This document shows, in pieces, positions 25,973 through 36,132 of a DNA stretch of 64,000 bases. Under the pieces are notes generated by a model. That model was not told where the DNA came from, searched no databases, and saw nothing but the letters and a program-made list of their open reading frames with translations. Source of the DNA: Fibrobacteria bacterium (lineage in GTDB: Bacteria; Fibrobacterota; Fibrobacteria; UBA11236); assembly GCA_043745805.1 (NCBI GenBank), contig JAYTSD010000008.1, positions 258,569-322,568 of the forward strand, read 5' to 3'. The position numbers and the translations under genes are program-made. Within the stretch, counting starts at the first letter, position 1; each line of letters starts with the position of its first letter.

Positions 25973-28048
25973 TTATACAGCTAGGTGGCAAGCCACTCGG
26001 TATTGCCCTCGTTCTATGAGCGGGGGCATTTCTTTTTCACAACGCAAATCTTTATGTTTTAAATAAAGTGGGCAACGATTCCTAAAGGGACAGCCGCCTT
26101 CTAAACGCACCGGCTCTACATCGGGATATGTTTCTAAGAGTTCACCCATATCCTCACTCTCAAGACGTGGGGCAGAAGCCAATAAAAGCTTAGAATAGGG
26201 ATGTTTAACTTGATGAACCGAAAATGCCGAGGCATCAGCCTCTTCAACTAAATAACCCATGTACATCACACCAATACGATGCGCCAAAATTTTAACTAGC
26301 GGAAGATTATGGGAAATAAATAAATAGGTTAGGCCAAATTGATCCTGAAAATCTTTGAGCAAGCCCATCACTTGGGATTGAATCGACAAATCCAAACTGG
26401 CAACAGGCTCATCACAAACTAAAAATGCCGGTTTGGTGATCAGCGCACGCGCTATGGTTACCCTTTGCTTTTCGCCAGAACTCAAATTTCCGGGATGCCT
26501 GCGCAATAAGGTTTTATCTAATCGGACTTGACCCAAAACTTCTTCTACGCGCATCATTTTTTCTTTTTCCGTCATATTGGAAAAGCGCTCTAAGCCTTCT
26601 CTTAAAATTCTTTCGACCGTCATACCGGAATTTAAAACGGCTTCCGGATGCTGAAAGAGCATGCGAAATTCTTGGCGTAAATGCCGCATTTTACTTGAAG
26701 AAAAGGCAAGAATATTTTCTCCTCGAAAATGTACTTCACCACTATCTGGCATTTGTAAAGCCATTAAGGCTAAAGCCAGTGTTGATTTACCTGATCCACT
26801 CTCCCCTACCAAGCCATAGGTTTGTCCCTCAGGTATCGCTAAGGTTACCTCATGTAAAGCGTGAAAGGTTCTTTTTCTTTGGGTAAAGACTTTATTTAAT
26901 TTATGAATAACGACTAAATCTTTATTCGGTGCCGCTACACCTTCCCTATTCGCTAATCCACCCGCTGTGATTTTTTCTTCGCGCGTTTCTTTAGTTAAAT
27001 GGGGATAATGACATTTAGACCAAGGCTCTCCAGCAGGAGCGCCGTTCTTTTGGGTCGGAGGTTTATGATTCTGACATTTTACTTTATCGACTTCATTTAA
27101 GGATTGCGCATAAGCGGCACATAAATTTCGATAGGCACAGCCCACTCCACCATCGGGATTGGTGGGGGGTTCTAATTGTTTTTGTCCAAAGCGTGCAAAG
27201 GAGTGTAACAATAAGGCCGTATAAGGATGTTTTGGGGATTGGAGTAATTCCGCGGTACGACCGGTTTCCACCACTGTGCCACGATGCATCACATAAAGTC
27301 TTTCACACACTTCTTGTATTACACCAATATCATGAGAAATTAGAATAATGCTAAGACCATGTTTGTCACGCAAGCGCGTAAACAATTGTAGTAACCTTGC
27401 TTGGGTCGTCACATCCAAGGATGTTGTCGGTTCATCTGCTATTAGTAATTTAGGGCGTGCGCATAAAGCGATAGATATCATCACTCGCTGAGCCATGCCT
27501 CCGCTGATTTGATGGGGATATAAACCCCAAAGATTTTCGGCGTCGACTAAACCTACATCTTTCAGTAAATTTAATCCCGTTTCTTTGGGAGAACCTTGCA
27601 CCACCTCAGGATGGCGATCCAAGGCTTCTATTAAATGTTCACCAACGGTAAAAAACGGATCCAATGAGGCTTTAGGTTCTTGAAAAATCACATTAATTTC
27701 TCGCCCTAACACGCTGCGTAATTGATGCCGATGCGCTTGTAAATAAGGGCGATAACGTTTTTGAATAATTTCTTTATCAATCTGAACAAAGTCTTTATTT
27801 ACAGGTAATAAAGACTTTTCTTCCAGATGAGCTTCGCCCTTCCACACCCCAGGTGCTCCACGCACTAAGCCCAATAGGCCTAGTACCGTAGTGGTTTTAC
27901 CACTTCCCGATTCACCAATAAGCCCAACAATTTCCCCCTTACCAACTTCAAGGGAGACATGTTCTACCGCCTTGAGGTAACGTCCAGATTCCCCAAAATA
28001 TATGCACAAATTGCGCACCGATAATAGTACGCTCTCACTTCCCTTCAC
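25973..28048 (-). CDS. Fused double-ATPase ABC transporter ATP-binding protein (OppD/OppF-type, peptide/nickel family)
   Basis: There are two Walker A motifs ('GESGSGKTT', 'GESGSGKST') and two signature motifs ('LSGGEKQRVTIARAL', 'ISGGMAQRVMISIAL'), plus a Cys-rich C-terminal oligopeptide-ABC tail. Confidence 0.85.
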   Translation of the reverse strand: MKGSESVLLSVRNLCIYFGESGRYLKAVEHVSLEVGKGEIVGLIGESGSGKTTTVLGLLGLVRGAPGVWKGEAHLEEKSLLPVNKDFVQIDKEIIQKRYRPYLQAHRHQLRSVLGREINVIFQEPKASLDPFFTVGEHLIEALDRHPEVVQGSPKETGLNLLKDVGLVDAENLWGLYPHQISGGMAQRVMISIALCARPKLLIADEPTTSLDVTTQARLLQLFTRLRDKHGLSIILISHDIGVIQEVCERLYVMHRGTVVETGRTAELLQSPKHPYTALLLHSFARFGQKQLEPPTNPDGGVGCAYRNLCAAYAQSLNEVDKVKCQNHKPPTQKNGAPAGEPWSKCHYPHLTKETREEKITAGGLANREGVAAPNKDLVVIHKLNKVFTQRKRTFHALHEVTLAIPEGQTYGLVGESGSGKSTLALALMALQMPDSGEVHFRGENILAFSSSKMRHLRQEFRMLFQHPEAVLNSGMTVERILREGLERFSNMTEKEKMMRVEEVLGQVRLDKTLLRRHPGNLSSGEKQRVTIARALITKPAFLVCDEPVASLDLSIQSQVMGLLKDFQDQFGLTYLFISHNLPLVKILAHRIGVMYMGYLVEEADASAFSVHQVKHPYSKLLLASAPRLESEDMGELLETYPDVEPVRLEGGCPFRNRCPLYLKHKDLRCEKEMPPLIERGQYRVACHLAV

Positions 28049-29057
28049 GGTAAGCTAGCCTCGCGTTAAGTCCATCACCCAAATAAAAAAATCCCAATAT
28101 GGAAAATATGATCGCAATAGCTGGAAAAAATGTCAGCCAATACAATCCACTAAAAAATGTTTCCTGACTACCTTCAATAATATTTCCCCATGAAACCTCA
28201 GGAGGTTTTGTTCCGAACTGTAAATAGCTTAAAGTGGTTTCCATTAAAATAGATTCCGCCATAATTAAAGAAAATTGAATAAGTGCGACAGAACGATTTT
28301 GAAACCAAAATAAATGTCGATATAAAATTACAAAATCATTAAGTCCCGCTTCTTTTGCGGCCAACACAAAGCCCATATTGACTAATAATTTAACTCGCGT
28401 GGCAATTAGCTCAGCCACACGGGGAATCAAGGTTATGCCTAAAACAAACATGGTATAATAAATATTTGGCTCTACCGCACAAACTACTACTAATATTAAT
28501 ACTAGACGTGGAAGTGATAAAACGACACCGCTCAATGCCTGTACGATACGCCCAAAGTTACCACCATAATATCCGGCTAAAAGGCCAAGCGGAATACCAA
28601 AGCATAAGGCTACCGCGCAAGTCATTAAACCCGGCAAAAGACAATTGCGTGTGCCCGCTGATAATAAGGCAATTACATCATGACCATTTTTATCCGTCCC
28701 AAAAAAATGTTTTTTTTTTGCATCCTGATTTACTACCGGAGACGCATCGTCTTTGTTTTGTAAATAATCCAGTTCTTCCTCGCCGGAAGAAGCACTGGAT
28801 TCGGCATGCTCCATGTTCTGTGTATTTTCCGAACCATGATTCTGATTAAGTTGTAATATTTTTAATCCCTTTTCAGTAGTTAAAAGGGATCTTAACCAAG
28901 GGTTGCTAGGCGGCGATAAAATAGCCGTAAAGTCCATTTCATCGGCCAAGGATTTTACTTTCGATCCCCCAAATAAAGAGGCTATCAATAGTAGGGTAAC
29001 AATAAAGGACCCAATTAAAATACGCCAACTACCTGGCAATTTTAAAAACTTACGCAA
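28035..29057 (-). CDS. ABC transporter permease (OppC/DppC-like) with an N-terminal extension of about 120 aa
   Basis: The BPD_transp_1 signature region 'ESILMETTLSYLQFG' is present, with 6 TM helices. Confidence 0.7.
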   Translation of the reverse strand: MRKFLKLPGSWRILIGSFIVTLLLIASLFGGSKVKSLADEMDFTAILSPPSNPWLRSLLTTEKGLKILQLNQNHGSENTQNMEHAESSASSGEEELDYLQNKDDASPVVNQDAKKKHFFGTDKNGHDVIALLSAGTRNCLLPGLMTCAVALCFGIPLGLLAGYYGGNFGRIVQALSGVVLSLPRLVLILVVVCAVEPNIYYTMFVLGITLIPRVAELIATRVKLLVNMGFVLAAKEAGLNDFVILYRHLFWFQNRSVALIQFSLIMAESILMETTLSYLQFGTKPPEVSWGNIIEGSQETFFSGLYWLTFFPAIAIIFSILGFFYLGDGLNARLAYREGK

Positions 29058-29066
29058 ATAGCCTTC

Positions 29067-29975
29067 CTATTTTTGTAAACGTGGATCGAGCCATAAAGCC
29101 ATTAAATCATTAATAAACATAAAAGAACGAACAATAAAAGCCATCAACAAAGTAATTCCCATAATCACAAAAAAATCTCTCTTTAAAGTTGCTTCCCAGC
29201 TCAACCATCCAAGCCCATGAAAATTAAAAATGCGCTCTACCACAACAAGGCCACCCAGTAACACGGCAATATTGGAAACTACAATATTAAAAATAGGAAG
29301 TATCATTGATCGAAAAAAATGCCAAGTTAATCTGCTCCCGCGTGCACGAGCGGCTTTGATATACATAGCTCGATTTATGTTTTGTGTTTCCAAGGAGATA
29401 AAACGTACAAACTCACCCATGGTCCCATTGCCAATAGCAAGCACTAATATGGGTAATAAATAATAGCTAAACCAAGGCCAGAATTTAAACGCCCCTTCGG
29501 GCGGTGTGGTCGAGTAAAAATGAAAGCCTCCAAAAACGATCGCTAATACAATATATCCTAATACAAAAACCGGGATAGAAGAAATTGTATAAACAAAAGA
29601 ACCTATTAATTTTCCGGTTCGTGAAGCGGGCCGTAAACCCATTAATAATCCCACCGGCAAAGACAAGATGAGTGAAACCAAAACCGACCCAAAGGTTAAT
29701 GCTAAAGTAGGAGGCGCATAATCCCAGAGTAATTTGGAAACCGAACTGCCATCCACTAAGGATAAGCCAAAATTAAATCCTAAACAATCACGGAGCCAAA
29801 ATAAATATTGTAAAACTAGCGGTTGATCCAAATGTAAAACATGTGCCGTTGCCGAAGAAAGATTATGTATTTCAGCAATATTTCCGGGTGTCAAATGCAC
29901 AATGAAAAAAATTAACAGCGAAACCAAAAACAAAGATCCTAAAAAAAGGATCAAAAGCCTAAGGATGGATTTCAT
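29067..29975 (-). CDS. ABC transporter permease (OppB/DppB-like)
   Basis: The protein is polytopic with an EAA-like loop 'RARGSRLTWHFFRSMILP'. Confidence 0.7.
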   Translation of the reverse strand: MKSILRLLILFLGSLFLVSLLIFFIVHLTPGNIAEIHNLSSATAHVLHLDQPLVLQYLFWLRDCLGFNFGLSLVDGSSVSKLLWDYAPPTLALTFGSVLVSLILSLPVGLLMGLRPASRTGKLIGSFVYTISSIPVFVLGYIVLAIVFGGFHFYSTTPPEGAFKFWPWFSYYLLPILVLAIGNGTMGEFVRFISLETQNINRAMYIKAARARGSRLTWHFFRSMILPIFNIVVSNIAVLLGGLVVVERIFNFHGLGWLSWEATLKRDFFVIMGITLLMAFIVRSFMFINDLMALWLDPRLQK

Positions 29976-30000
29976 AAAACAATTTCCATCCCTAGATAAT

Positions 30001-30414
30001 TTATGGACTTGATTTCAGGATTTTTTCCCCGATCCCATTAGTTTCACCTTCGGTAGGCCCACCTTCAAGTACGGCATCTTTACCTTCAATTTCCCTTGAT
30101 AGACGAACAATAATATTTTTATTATTTCCCTTTTTGGGTTTGAAAGAACGTACATAACCCATATTGCCGTCTTTATCTTCAGCAATCAAGGTGTATTCGC
30201 TTTCCTCTACAATATTGTCGCTCAACTTAAATGCGCCATCATTATCTACGCGAACAGATTCTGTTCGTGGAGAGGAATAGACTACTACATTGGCTTCCGT
30301 TAATTTAGATCCATCAGGTCGTACTACATGCCCACTAATACTGGTTCCACAACCAATAATAAGTGCTGCCGACCCAATACTCCAAGCCGTGATCCAACTT
30401 TTCGAATTCAACAT
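30001..30414 (-). CDS. Lipoprotein with a carboxypeptidase-regulatory-like beta-sandwich domain
   Basis: Lipobox 'LIIGC'. 'SGHVVRPDGSKLTEANVVVYS...VDNDGAFKL' matches the CarboxypepD_reg pattern. Confidence 0.45.
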   Translation of the reverse strand: MLNSKSWITAWSIGSAALIIGCGTSISGHVVRPDGSKLTEANVVVYSSPRTESVRVDNDGAFKLSDNIVEESEYTLIAEDKDGNMGYVRSFKPKKGNNKNIIVRLSREIEGKDAVLEGGPTEGETNGIGEKILKSSP

Positions 30415-30417
30415 TTT

Positions 30418-32088
30418 TTAATCCCTCTCATCTTCAGGAATAAACCACTCGTTCACGAAGGTGAAAAAGCGATAGGGGTGAACTACGGCTTTTTTTACTT
30501 TGTTCTCTATTGCCGCATTCTTTTCTAAAGTCCAGAGGAATGTATAAGGACATTCCTCTGCTAATAATTCATGGAGGTCATAATTAATACGACGACGAAC
30601 TTCATGATTAATGGTTTTAGAAAAAGTCCCCAATAAACTATCCACTTTGGGGCTTTTAAAAGAAATGAAATTATCGCCTGATGGCGGTTTATTTTTTGTG
30701 GAATGAAATAATGAAGAAATATCGGAGGAGTTATCAAATAACCATTCCGCAAACACAATATCAAAATCATGTTTCGCTTTTACTTCTTCTTTCCATTTTT
30801 CATATTCTCGATGTTCTAAGTCTACTTGCACACCAATAGCTTTTAAATAATTTTGAAAGCGTAAGCATACCGACAAGCCACCTTCATTACCGCTATAAAT
30901 AGGAATTTTAAGTTTGAATTTTAAAGGCATGCCTTTATATTCTAAAATTTTATCTCCGTCGGTATCCTTCATGCCCAACTTTTCCAACATGGCGCGTGCT
31001 TTTGCGGGGTCATATGGCCAAGGGGCTACATCGGGATTATAGCCCCACGAAGCTGGAGAAAATGGTCCGGAAATAACTTCCCCTTTGCCAAAATAAATAT
31101 CTTCTAACATTTTATTTCGGTCTAAGGCCAAAGTAAAAGCCTGGCGCACTTCTTTAATTTTTAAAATCGGATTATTGTTATTGTATCCGAAAAAGGCAAA
31201 TGCTAAAGAGTTATAAGGTATGACCGTGAACTTACCCGTGTTCGCAATTTCTGCAATTTTTCCTGGAGGAACTTCTACCACTAAATGAATGGCATTAAGT
31301 AATAAACTTTGTACAAGTAATGAAATTTCGGGTTGATACACCATTTTAATTTCACCAATATTCGAAACACCACCATAATGATCCGCAAATGCCGTAAGAA
31401 TCACATCATGATTTTTCGTTTCTTTTTCAAATTTATAATAGCCTGTTCCAATAGGGTTTTTCGCAAACTTGGAAAATTTTGATAATACTGGTTTATTATC
31501 AAAAACATGGGCGGGAATAATTTTAAACAAAAAACGACGTTCGGGTTCCGCTACACTGGTATTAAAATCGAATTTAATAACATTATCCCCTAATACCGTC
31601 ACACTTTTTATCACTTCTAAAGCCTGACGACTTTCAGGACGTACATCTGAAAGTGGATTCATCAAAGCATCATAAGTAAACTTCACATCATTCGCAGTGA
31701 AAGGAGTTCCATCATGCCATTTCACATCTTTACGTAAATAAAAGGTAATGCGCTGGTTACCATTAAAAACATTCCATTTTTCAGCCAAACGACCTTTAAT
31801 TTCACCTTTATAATCAATGAATACCAAAGATTCAAAAAGCAGTTCGGATAAACGCAAAGACGTTTCATTATCCGAAGTAGTAATAGGATCATAAGTATCG
31901 GGCAAAATGGGTTCGGCATAAATTAAACGCCCACCTTTTGCTTCGCCTGCTTTAGGTTCCGATTTATCAGGTGCTTTAGAAAAACTCACTGAATGCATGA
32001 GTAAAGCAGATATAAGTAATGTTGAAAGAGAAGAAAAAGACATAAAACTTACCCTATTGTACTTGTTGTTTGCATTGTTACACTTCAC
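30418..32088 (-). CDS. ABC transporter substrate-binding protein, family 5 (peptide/nickel OppA/DppA-like)
   Basis: It has a signal peptide. 'AEKWNVFNGNQRITFYLRKDVKWHDGTPFTANDVKFTYD' is the SBP_bac_5 signature region. Confidence 0.8.
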   Translation of the reverse strand: MKCNNANNKYNRVSFMSFSSLSTLLISALLMHSVSFSKAPDKSEPKAGEAKGGRLIYAEPILPDTYDPITTSDNETSLRLSELLFESLVFIDYKGEIKGRLAEKWNVFNGNQRITFYLRKDVKWHDGTPFTANDVKFTYDALMNPLSDVRPESRQALEVIKSVTVLGDNVIKFDFNTSVAEPERRFLFKIIPAHVFDNKPVLSKFSKFAKNPIGTGYYKFEKETKNHDVILTAFADHYGGVSNIGEIKMVYQPEISLLVQSLLLNAIHLVVEVPPGKIAEIANTGKFTVIPYNSLAFAFFGYNNNNPILKIKEVRQAFTLALDRNKMLEDIYFGKGEVISGPFSPASWGYNPDVAPWPYDPAKARAMLEKLGMKDTDGDKILEYKGMPLKFKLKIPIYSGNEGGLSVCLRFQNYLKAIGVQVDLEHREYEKWKEEVKAKHDFDIVFAEWLFDNSSDISSLFHSTKNKPPSGDNFISFKSPKVDSLLGTFSKTINHEVRRRINYDLHELLAEECPYTFLWTLEKNAAIENKVKKAVVHPYRFFTFVNEWFIPEDERD

Positions 32089-32093
32089 TCGAT

Positions 32094-33512
32094 TTACCCA
32101 CCCTTTCGCAATATACGCTGGGATTCATAGTTTCTAGCTAAACCCGCAGAGATTCCTTGCATGCAATAATACATTTGTCGACAAGCGGGAAACTCTTTTT
32201 GAAGATGATATAAAGTCTCAACAATTTCTTCATAACGTAATTTATTGGTTTTGAAAATAGCGAAACCATATTGAATCATATACTCAGGATCAATAATATC
32301 GATGCGATTGCGAAATTCAATTTTATATCCTTTAGCTAATTGCGCAAGTGCAGATTCATTTTGGCCCATAGCTAAAAGTAAAGATCCATATGTTTTATAA
32401 TAAATAGGATTGTTCTTTTCCCTTAAGGTTTGTTCCGACAATCTAGCACCCACGGCTAAATCGATGCCTATCAAAGCATAACACTCTGCAATATCTCTTT
32501 TCACTGAAGAATTTTTTCCATTTTTTTTCACCAAATCTTCGAGTATGAGTTTTGCTTCCTTTACTTTATTTTGTTTGGCTAAAATGCGTGCTTTTAAAAG
32601 CATACCCGGTATTGATGATTCATTTGCCAAAGCACCATCTGCCTCCGTAACCTGATCGAGGCTTAAATAATTTTCTGCTAATGCAACATTAGTATTAAAC
32701 TTTGAGGCAATATCGGGGAATTTTTTTTCCTCATTTAAAATTTGCAAATTGAGCAATTTACTGGCCGTATAAAAGGCTTGGGATAAAGTAAACAATTCAT
32801 TGGGATCGTAAAAATTGATTTGTGAATTTTTACCCTGATCACTGTAGGCTTCGGGTTGCTCAGCATCTGCTAACAAAGCATTAATGGCATTTTCTAAATC
32901 CGCTAAAGAACTTGGATTCGTCAACATCAATTTCAACTTACATCGATGTGAACGCGCTGAGGTAGCTGCTAAATTTTTAGGGTAATCGGCATCCTTAAAT
33001 TCCAGGTTTTGCCAAATGGCTGCATTATCCTTAAGGTTAAGTGATCCAGCCTCGGCCTCACCTAGCTTTCGTTTAGATTGAGCAATATAAACATCAGCCA
33101 TTTCAATAATAACTGAAGTAGCCTTTGGGCCTTTCTTTGCTTTTTCTAAAAAAGTTTTAGCCATAGCGAAATTGCCGAAATAAAATTGAATTTGCCCCTC
33201 ATACAAAGCGCTAATAGCCGTAGGATAATTTTGCCATTGATCGGCATAATATGCGTCTAGTAAAAAAAGCGAAAATTTATGAAACTCTTGGTATAAACCT
33301 CCCAGTTTTTCATAAGCCAAAGCTTTGCCTTTAATAGCACGCAAACCTTTTTCGTCCACTTTGCCAGGTTTGATATCGTTATTCCAAACTTCAATTGCTT
33401 CGGAATAACGATGCCTTTTAATCAGATCAACAGGATCAGCATTAATAGTTGCTACAAGCAACAGGAAGACACTGCCGGTGATTAAAAGTTTATTTGGTTT
33501 TGAAAAGATCAT
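32094..33512 (-). CDS. Secreted TPR-repeat protein
   Basis: It has a signal peptide and multiple 34-aa helical repeats with the W-LG-Y/A-F-A-P TPR pattern. Confidence 0.55.
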   Translation of the reverse strand: MIFSKPNKLLITGSVFLLLVATINADPVDLIKRHRYSEAIEVWNNDIKPGKVDEKGLRAIKGKALAYEKLGGLYQEFHKFSLFLLDAYYADQWQNYPTAISALYEGQIQFYFGNFAMAKTFLEKAKKGPKATSVIIEMADVYIAQSKRKLGEAEAGSLNLKDNAAIWQNLEFKDADYPKNLAATSARSHRCKLKLMLTNPSSLADLENAINALLADAEQPEAYSDQGKNSQINFYDPNELFTLSQAFYTASKLLNLQILNEEKKFPDIASKFNTNVALAENYLSLDQVTEADGALANESSIPGMLLKARILAKQNKVKEAKLILEDLVKKNGKNSSVKRDIAECYALIGIDLAVGARLSEQTLREKNNPIYYKTYGSLLLAMGQNESALAQLAKGYKIEFRNRIDIIDPEYMIQYGFAIFKTNKLRYEEIVETLYHLQKEFPACRQMYYCMQGISAGLARNYESQRILRKGG

Positions 33513-34806
33513 ACTTCTCAGCTTCTATTTTCTGTGCACCAACTCTTAGATCAGAGCCAATTAATACGGATGCAAAAATCTGGAATTCTAATCCACTTTG
33601 CCCTGCAAAAACAATTATAGGGGTATTGGGCAAGCAATCTACATCTCGGTGAATACTGCTTTGAGTAGTTATGGTAGCTCGAGTATAATTTTGATCATAA
33701 AGCCATTTTTCCAAATTCACAACTTCCAGTGGATTCAATCGACTACTTTCACGTTTCGCATATACTATGGCGCGCGAGCCCGGAAGCCAAGTCGGTCCGC
33801 AGTAACTGCTAGGAAAAACATTTTCGGCAATCTTAGGTGTTTTGCCATGTAAATCCGCAACTTCAACCAAATGACCTTGAGGATCAATTTTAAGTTGCAT
33901 CACGCCAATATCCACAACTCTATCATTTAAATCATTAGAAATTTGATAGGCCACAAAGTGACCATCAAAAGACCAAGACGGATGGCTTTTATTATTTGTG
34001 ATTTGATTATTAAACAGTTTGATTTTGTGATTGTCCTTAAAATCCATCAAAGCAATGGTGTATAAACCTTTTTTCTTTGAACCACTAGTGCGTGTAGTAA
34101 AAGCTAAGTAGCGGCCATCGGGTGAGTAAGCAGGAAACATTTCTTCGCCGACATTGTCAGTTAAACGTACGAAAGCATTTTTTTCTTCTTTTTTGGTGCC
34201 GCGATCAAAATATTTGGAAATGTCTTCTACCATGTACAAATCGCCTTCGCCCGTGCGTGCCGATACAAAAATCAAACTTTTCCCATCGGGAGACCAGCGC
34301 GGAGATGCATCTACTTCGGGATCGAAAGTAATCCGTGTATGCGCTTTAGAACCTATAGCCCCAATGTAAATATCGTGATTATTCACTCCGCCGGCACTGA
34401 CATAGGCATAATATTGTACGCCATGATTTAATACCGGACACCATTCTAATTCATCCTCATAGCCTTTGAAAATGCTTTGATCAGGATCATCTTCCATATT
34501 TACATCTTCAATTTTTTCGGAAACTTTATGCGGCGTGATTTGCGTAACTTCTTTCGATTTTGCATCGAATAACCAGATTTGTCGATTATCTCTAACCTGA
34601 CGAACAAAGGCCACATAGTTCACAAAATTAGGGCAGATTTTAGGATGAAAAAGTTGCCCTGAAATTTTTGGATTAGCACTTGTAACTACTGTAACAGTAT
34701 TAGCAGCATCCGTGGCATCCGCAGACCAACTAGTTTGGCATAGAAGGAAGAGAGCGCTTCCAAACAATACGCGAATCATTTGCATGGTTGACCTTTCGAA
34801 GGACAT
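33490..34806 (-). CDS. TolB-like periplasmic beta-propeller protein (PD40/WD40-like repeats)
   Basis: It has a signal peptide. Repeats 'SPRWSPDGKSLIFVSARTGEGDLY' and 'FPAYSPDGRYLAFTT' are typical PD40 blades. Confidence 0.7.
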   Translation of the reverse strand: MSFERSTMQMIRVLFGSALFLLCQTSWSADATDAANTVTVVTSANPKISGQLFHPKICPNFVNYVAFVRQVRDNRQIWLFDAKSKEVTQITPHKVSEKIEDVNMEDDPDQSIFKGYEDELEWCPVLNHGVQYYAYVSAGGVNNHDIYIGAIGSKAHTRITFDPEVDASPRWSPDGKSLIFVSARTGEGDLYMVEDISKYFDRGTKKEEKNAFVRLTDNVGEEMFPAYSPDGRYLAFTTRTSGSKKKGLYTIALMDFKDNHKIKLFNNQITNNKSHPSWSFDGHFVAYQISNDLNDRVVDIGVMQLKIDPQGHLVEVADLHGKTPKIAENVFPSSYCGPTWLPGSRAIVYAKRESSRLNPLEVVNLEKWLYDQNYTRATITTQSSIHRDVDCLPNTPIIVFAGQSGLEFQIFASVLIGSDLRVGAQKIEAEKYDLFKTK

Positions 34807-36095
34807 TAAAGAGGAGAAAGGCTTTTTAAATAATTTTCAGCCTTTGTATTATCACTTTTAAATTTTTCGTTTTTAGAAAACCAAACTTGATAATCCTTCC
34901 ATTTAATTACCGCTTGGGTTCGATAAAAACTTTGTTTATCAGGATCGGAAGCATTTTTGTACAAACGCGTCCATGCTAAGGCCCAAAAATATTTTGTTCG
35001 TTGCATGACATCATCAAAAACTGCTGGCTCAATGAAGCTTTGGTCGCGAGTAACTGCTTCGAAGGATTGATGCGCCTTCGCAAATTGTTTTAATTCCACA
35101 TAGCAAATCCCTAAATTCATATTAGCGATAGGATAATACTTTTCAAAATCAAGCACATTGGTATAGGCTGTAACCGCCTCAGAAAGATGGCCCGTTTTCT
35201 GTAAAGCCAAACCTCTTAAAAAATTTCCTTTTACATATTCATCACGTTCTTTTATGCCTCGTTTTTTGGAGTTCGGTTTTGGCATGGCAGCAAAGCTTCG
35301 CACCGCATTTGCATAATCTTGTTGCTTATAGGCTTCTACGCCATTTTTATAATTGGGAGAAGCATCTGCTGAGGCAGAATCGCTATTCGAAATTTTTGGT
35401 AATTCGGCTACGGCCTTTTTGCTCTCTTCACTTGGTTCAACATGCGCAGGCATTGGTAAATCTTCTGGCACAAAGGCTTTAGTTACAATCTTTTTTGGTT
35501 CCGGAATAACTTCTTTAGGAGCAGGTGTTGCTACCGGAGTAATCGGCTCTACTTTGGGTTCAATTTTAGGCTGTACTTTGGGAACAGGCATTGGTTCCGG
35601 CTTGCGTTCAACAATATTAGCTTCAGGTTTAACTTTTTTTACCATAGGCTCTTTTGGAGTAACCACTTTAGGTTCACTATAAGATTCATCAATTTTAGGG
35701 TGAATCTTATTTACTTTGGGTTTTTCTTTCACTACTTTTAACGGTTTCTCAACTGGCGCCTCGACATTTACTTTTTCCGAATCAACTTTAACCGGAGCGG
35801 TCACAACTGCCAATGTTTCGGGTTGCGCTTCAGGAGTTTTATTCGCCAAAGAGTCTGGTGTAAAAGCAGTTGTTGATTCCGGTGCCGGAGATTCAGAAAT
35901 TGCCATTTCGCTTTGGCTATTAAGAGCATTTTTAATTCTCTCCGCACTGCGAGTTTTTTGTAACTCCATCCAGCCCCAAACAAGAACTCCTAAAACAATA
36001 ATCGCCAATATTATTGCCGCAGAAATCAGTTGATTCTTTTTCTTGCGCCTTGCTGAAACTTCCATGTAATCCAAATTATTATCACTCATATTCAA
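34806..36095 (-). CDS. Membrane-anchored TonB/TolA-like protein: N-terminal TM helix, Pro/Lys/Glu-rich spacer, C-terminal TPR domain
   Basis: TM 'LISAAIILAIIVLGVLVWGW'. Spacer 'PMPVPKVQPKIEPKVEPITPVATPAPKEVIPEPKK'. The C-terminal TPR-like helices lack a TonB_C domain. Confidence 0.55.
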   Translation of the reverse strand: MNMSDNNLDYMEVSARRKKKNQLISAAIILAIIVLGVLVWGWMELQKTRSAERIKNALNSQSEMAISESPAPESTTAFTPDSLANKTPEAQPETLAVVTAPVKVDSEKVNVEAPVEKPLKVVKEKPKVNKIHPKIDESYSEPKVVTPKEPMVKKVKPEANIVERKPEPMPVPKVQPKIEPKVEPITPVATPAPKEVIPEPKKIVTKAFVPEDLPMPAHVEPSEESKKAVAELPKISNSDSASADASPNYKNGVEAYKQQDYANAVRSFAAMPKPNSKKRGIKERDEYVKGNFLRGLALQKTGHLSEAVTAYTNVLDFEKYYPIANMNLGICYVELKQFAKAHQSFEAVTRDQSFIEPAVFDDVMQRTKYFWALAWTRLYKNASDPDKQSFYRTQAVIKWKDYQVWFSKNEKFKSDNTKAENYLKSLSPL

Positions 36096-36132
36096 ATCCT
36101 AAAAAAATAAACTGTCGTGCCTCAATGGGAAT

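Noticed and set aside
35279-36033. Three plus-strand ORFs (67, 109, 105 aa) antisense to the Pro/Lys-rich TonB-like gene
   Set aside because: The G/S/T-rich translations are the expected antisense reading of a Pro/Lys/Glu-rich repetitive coding region. They are not independent genes.
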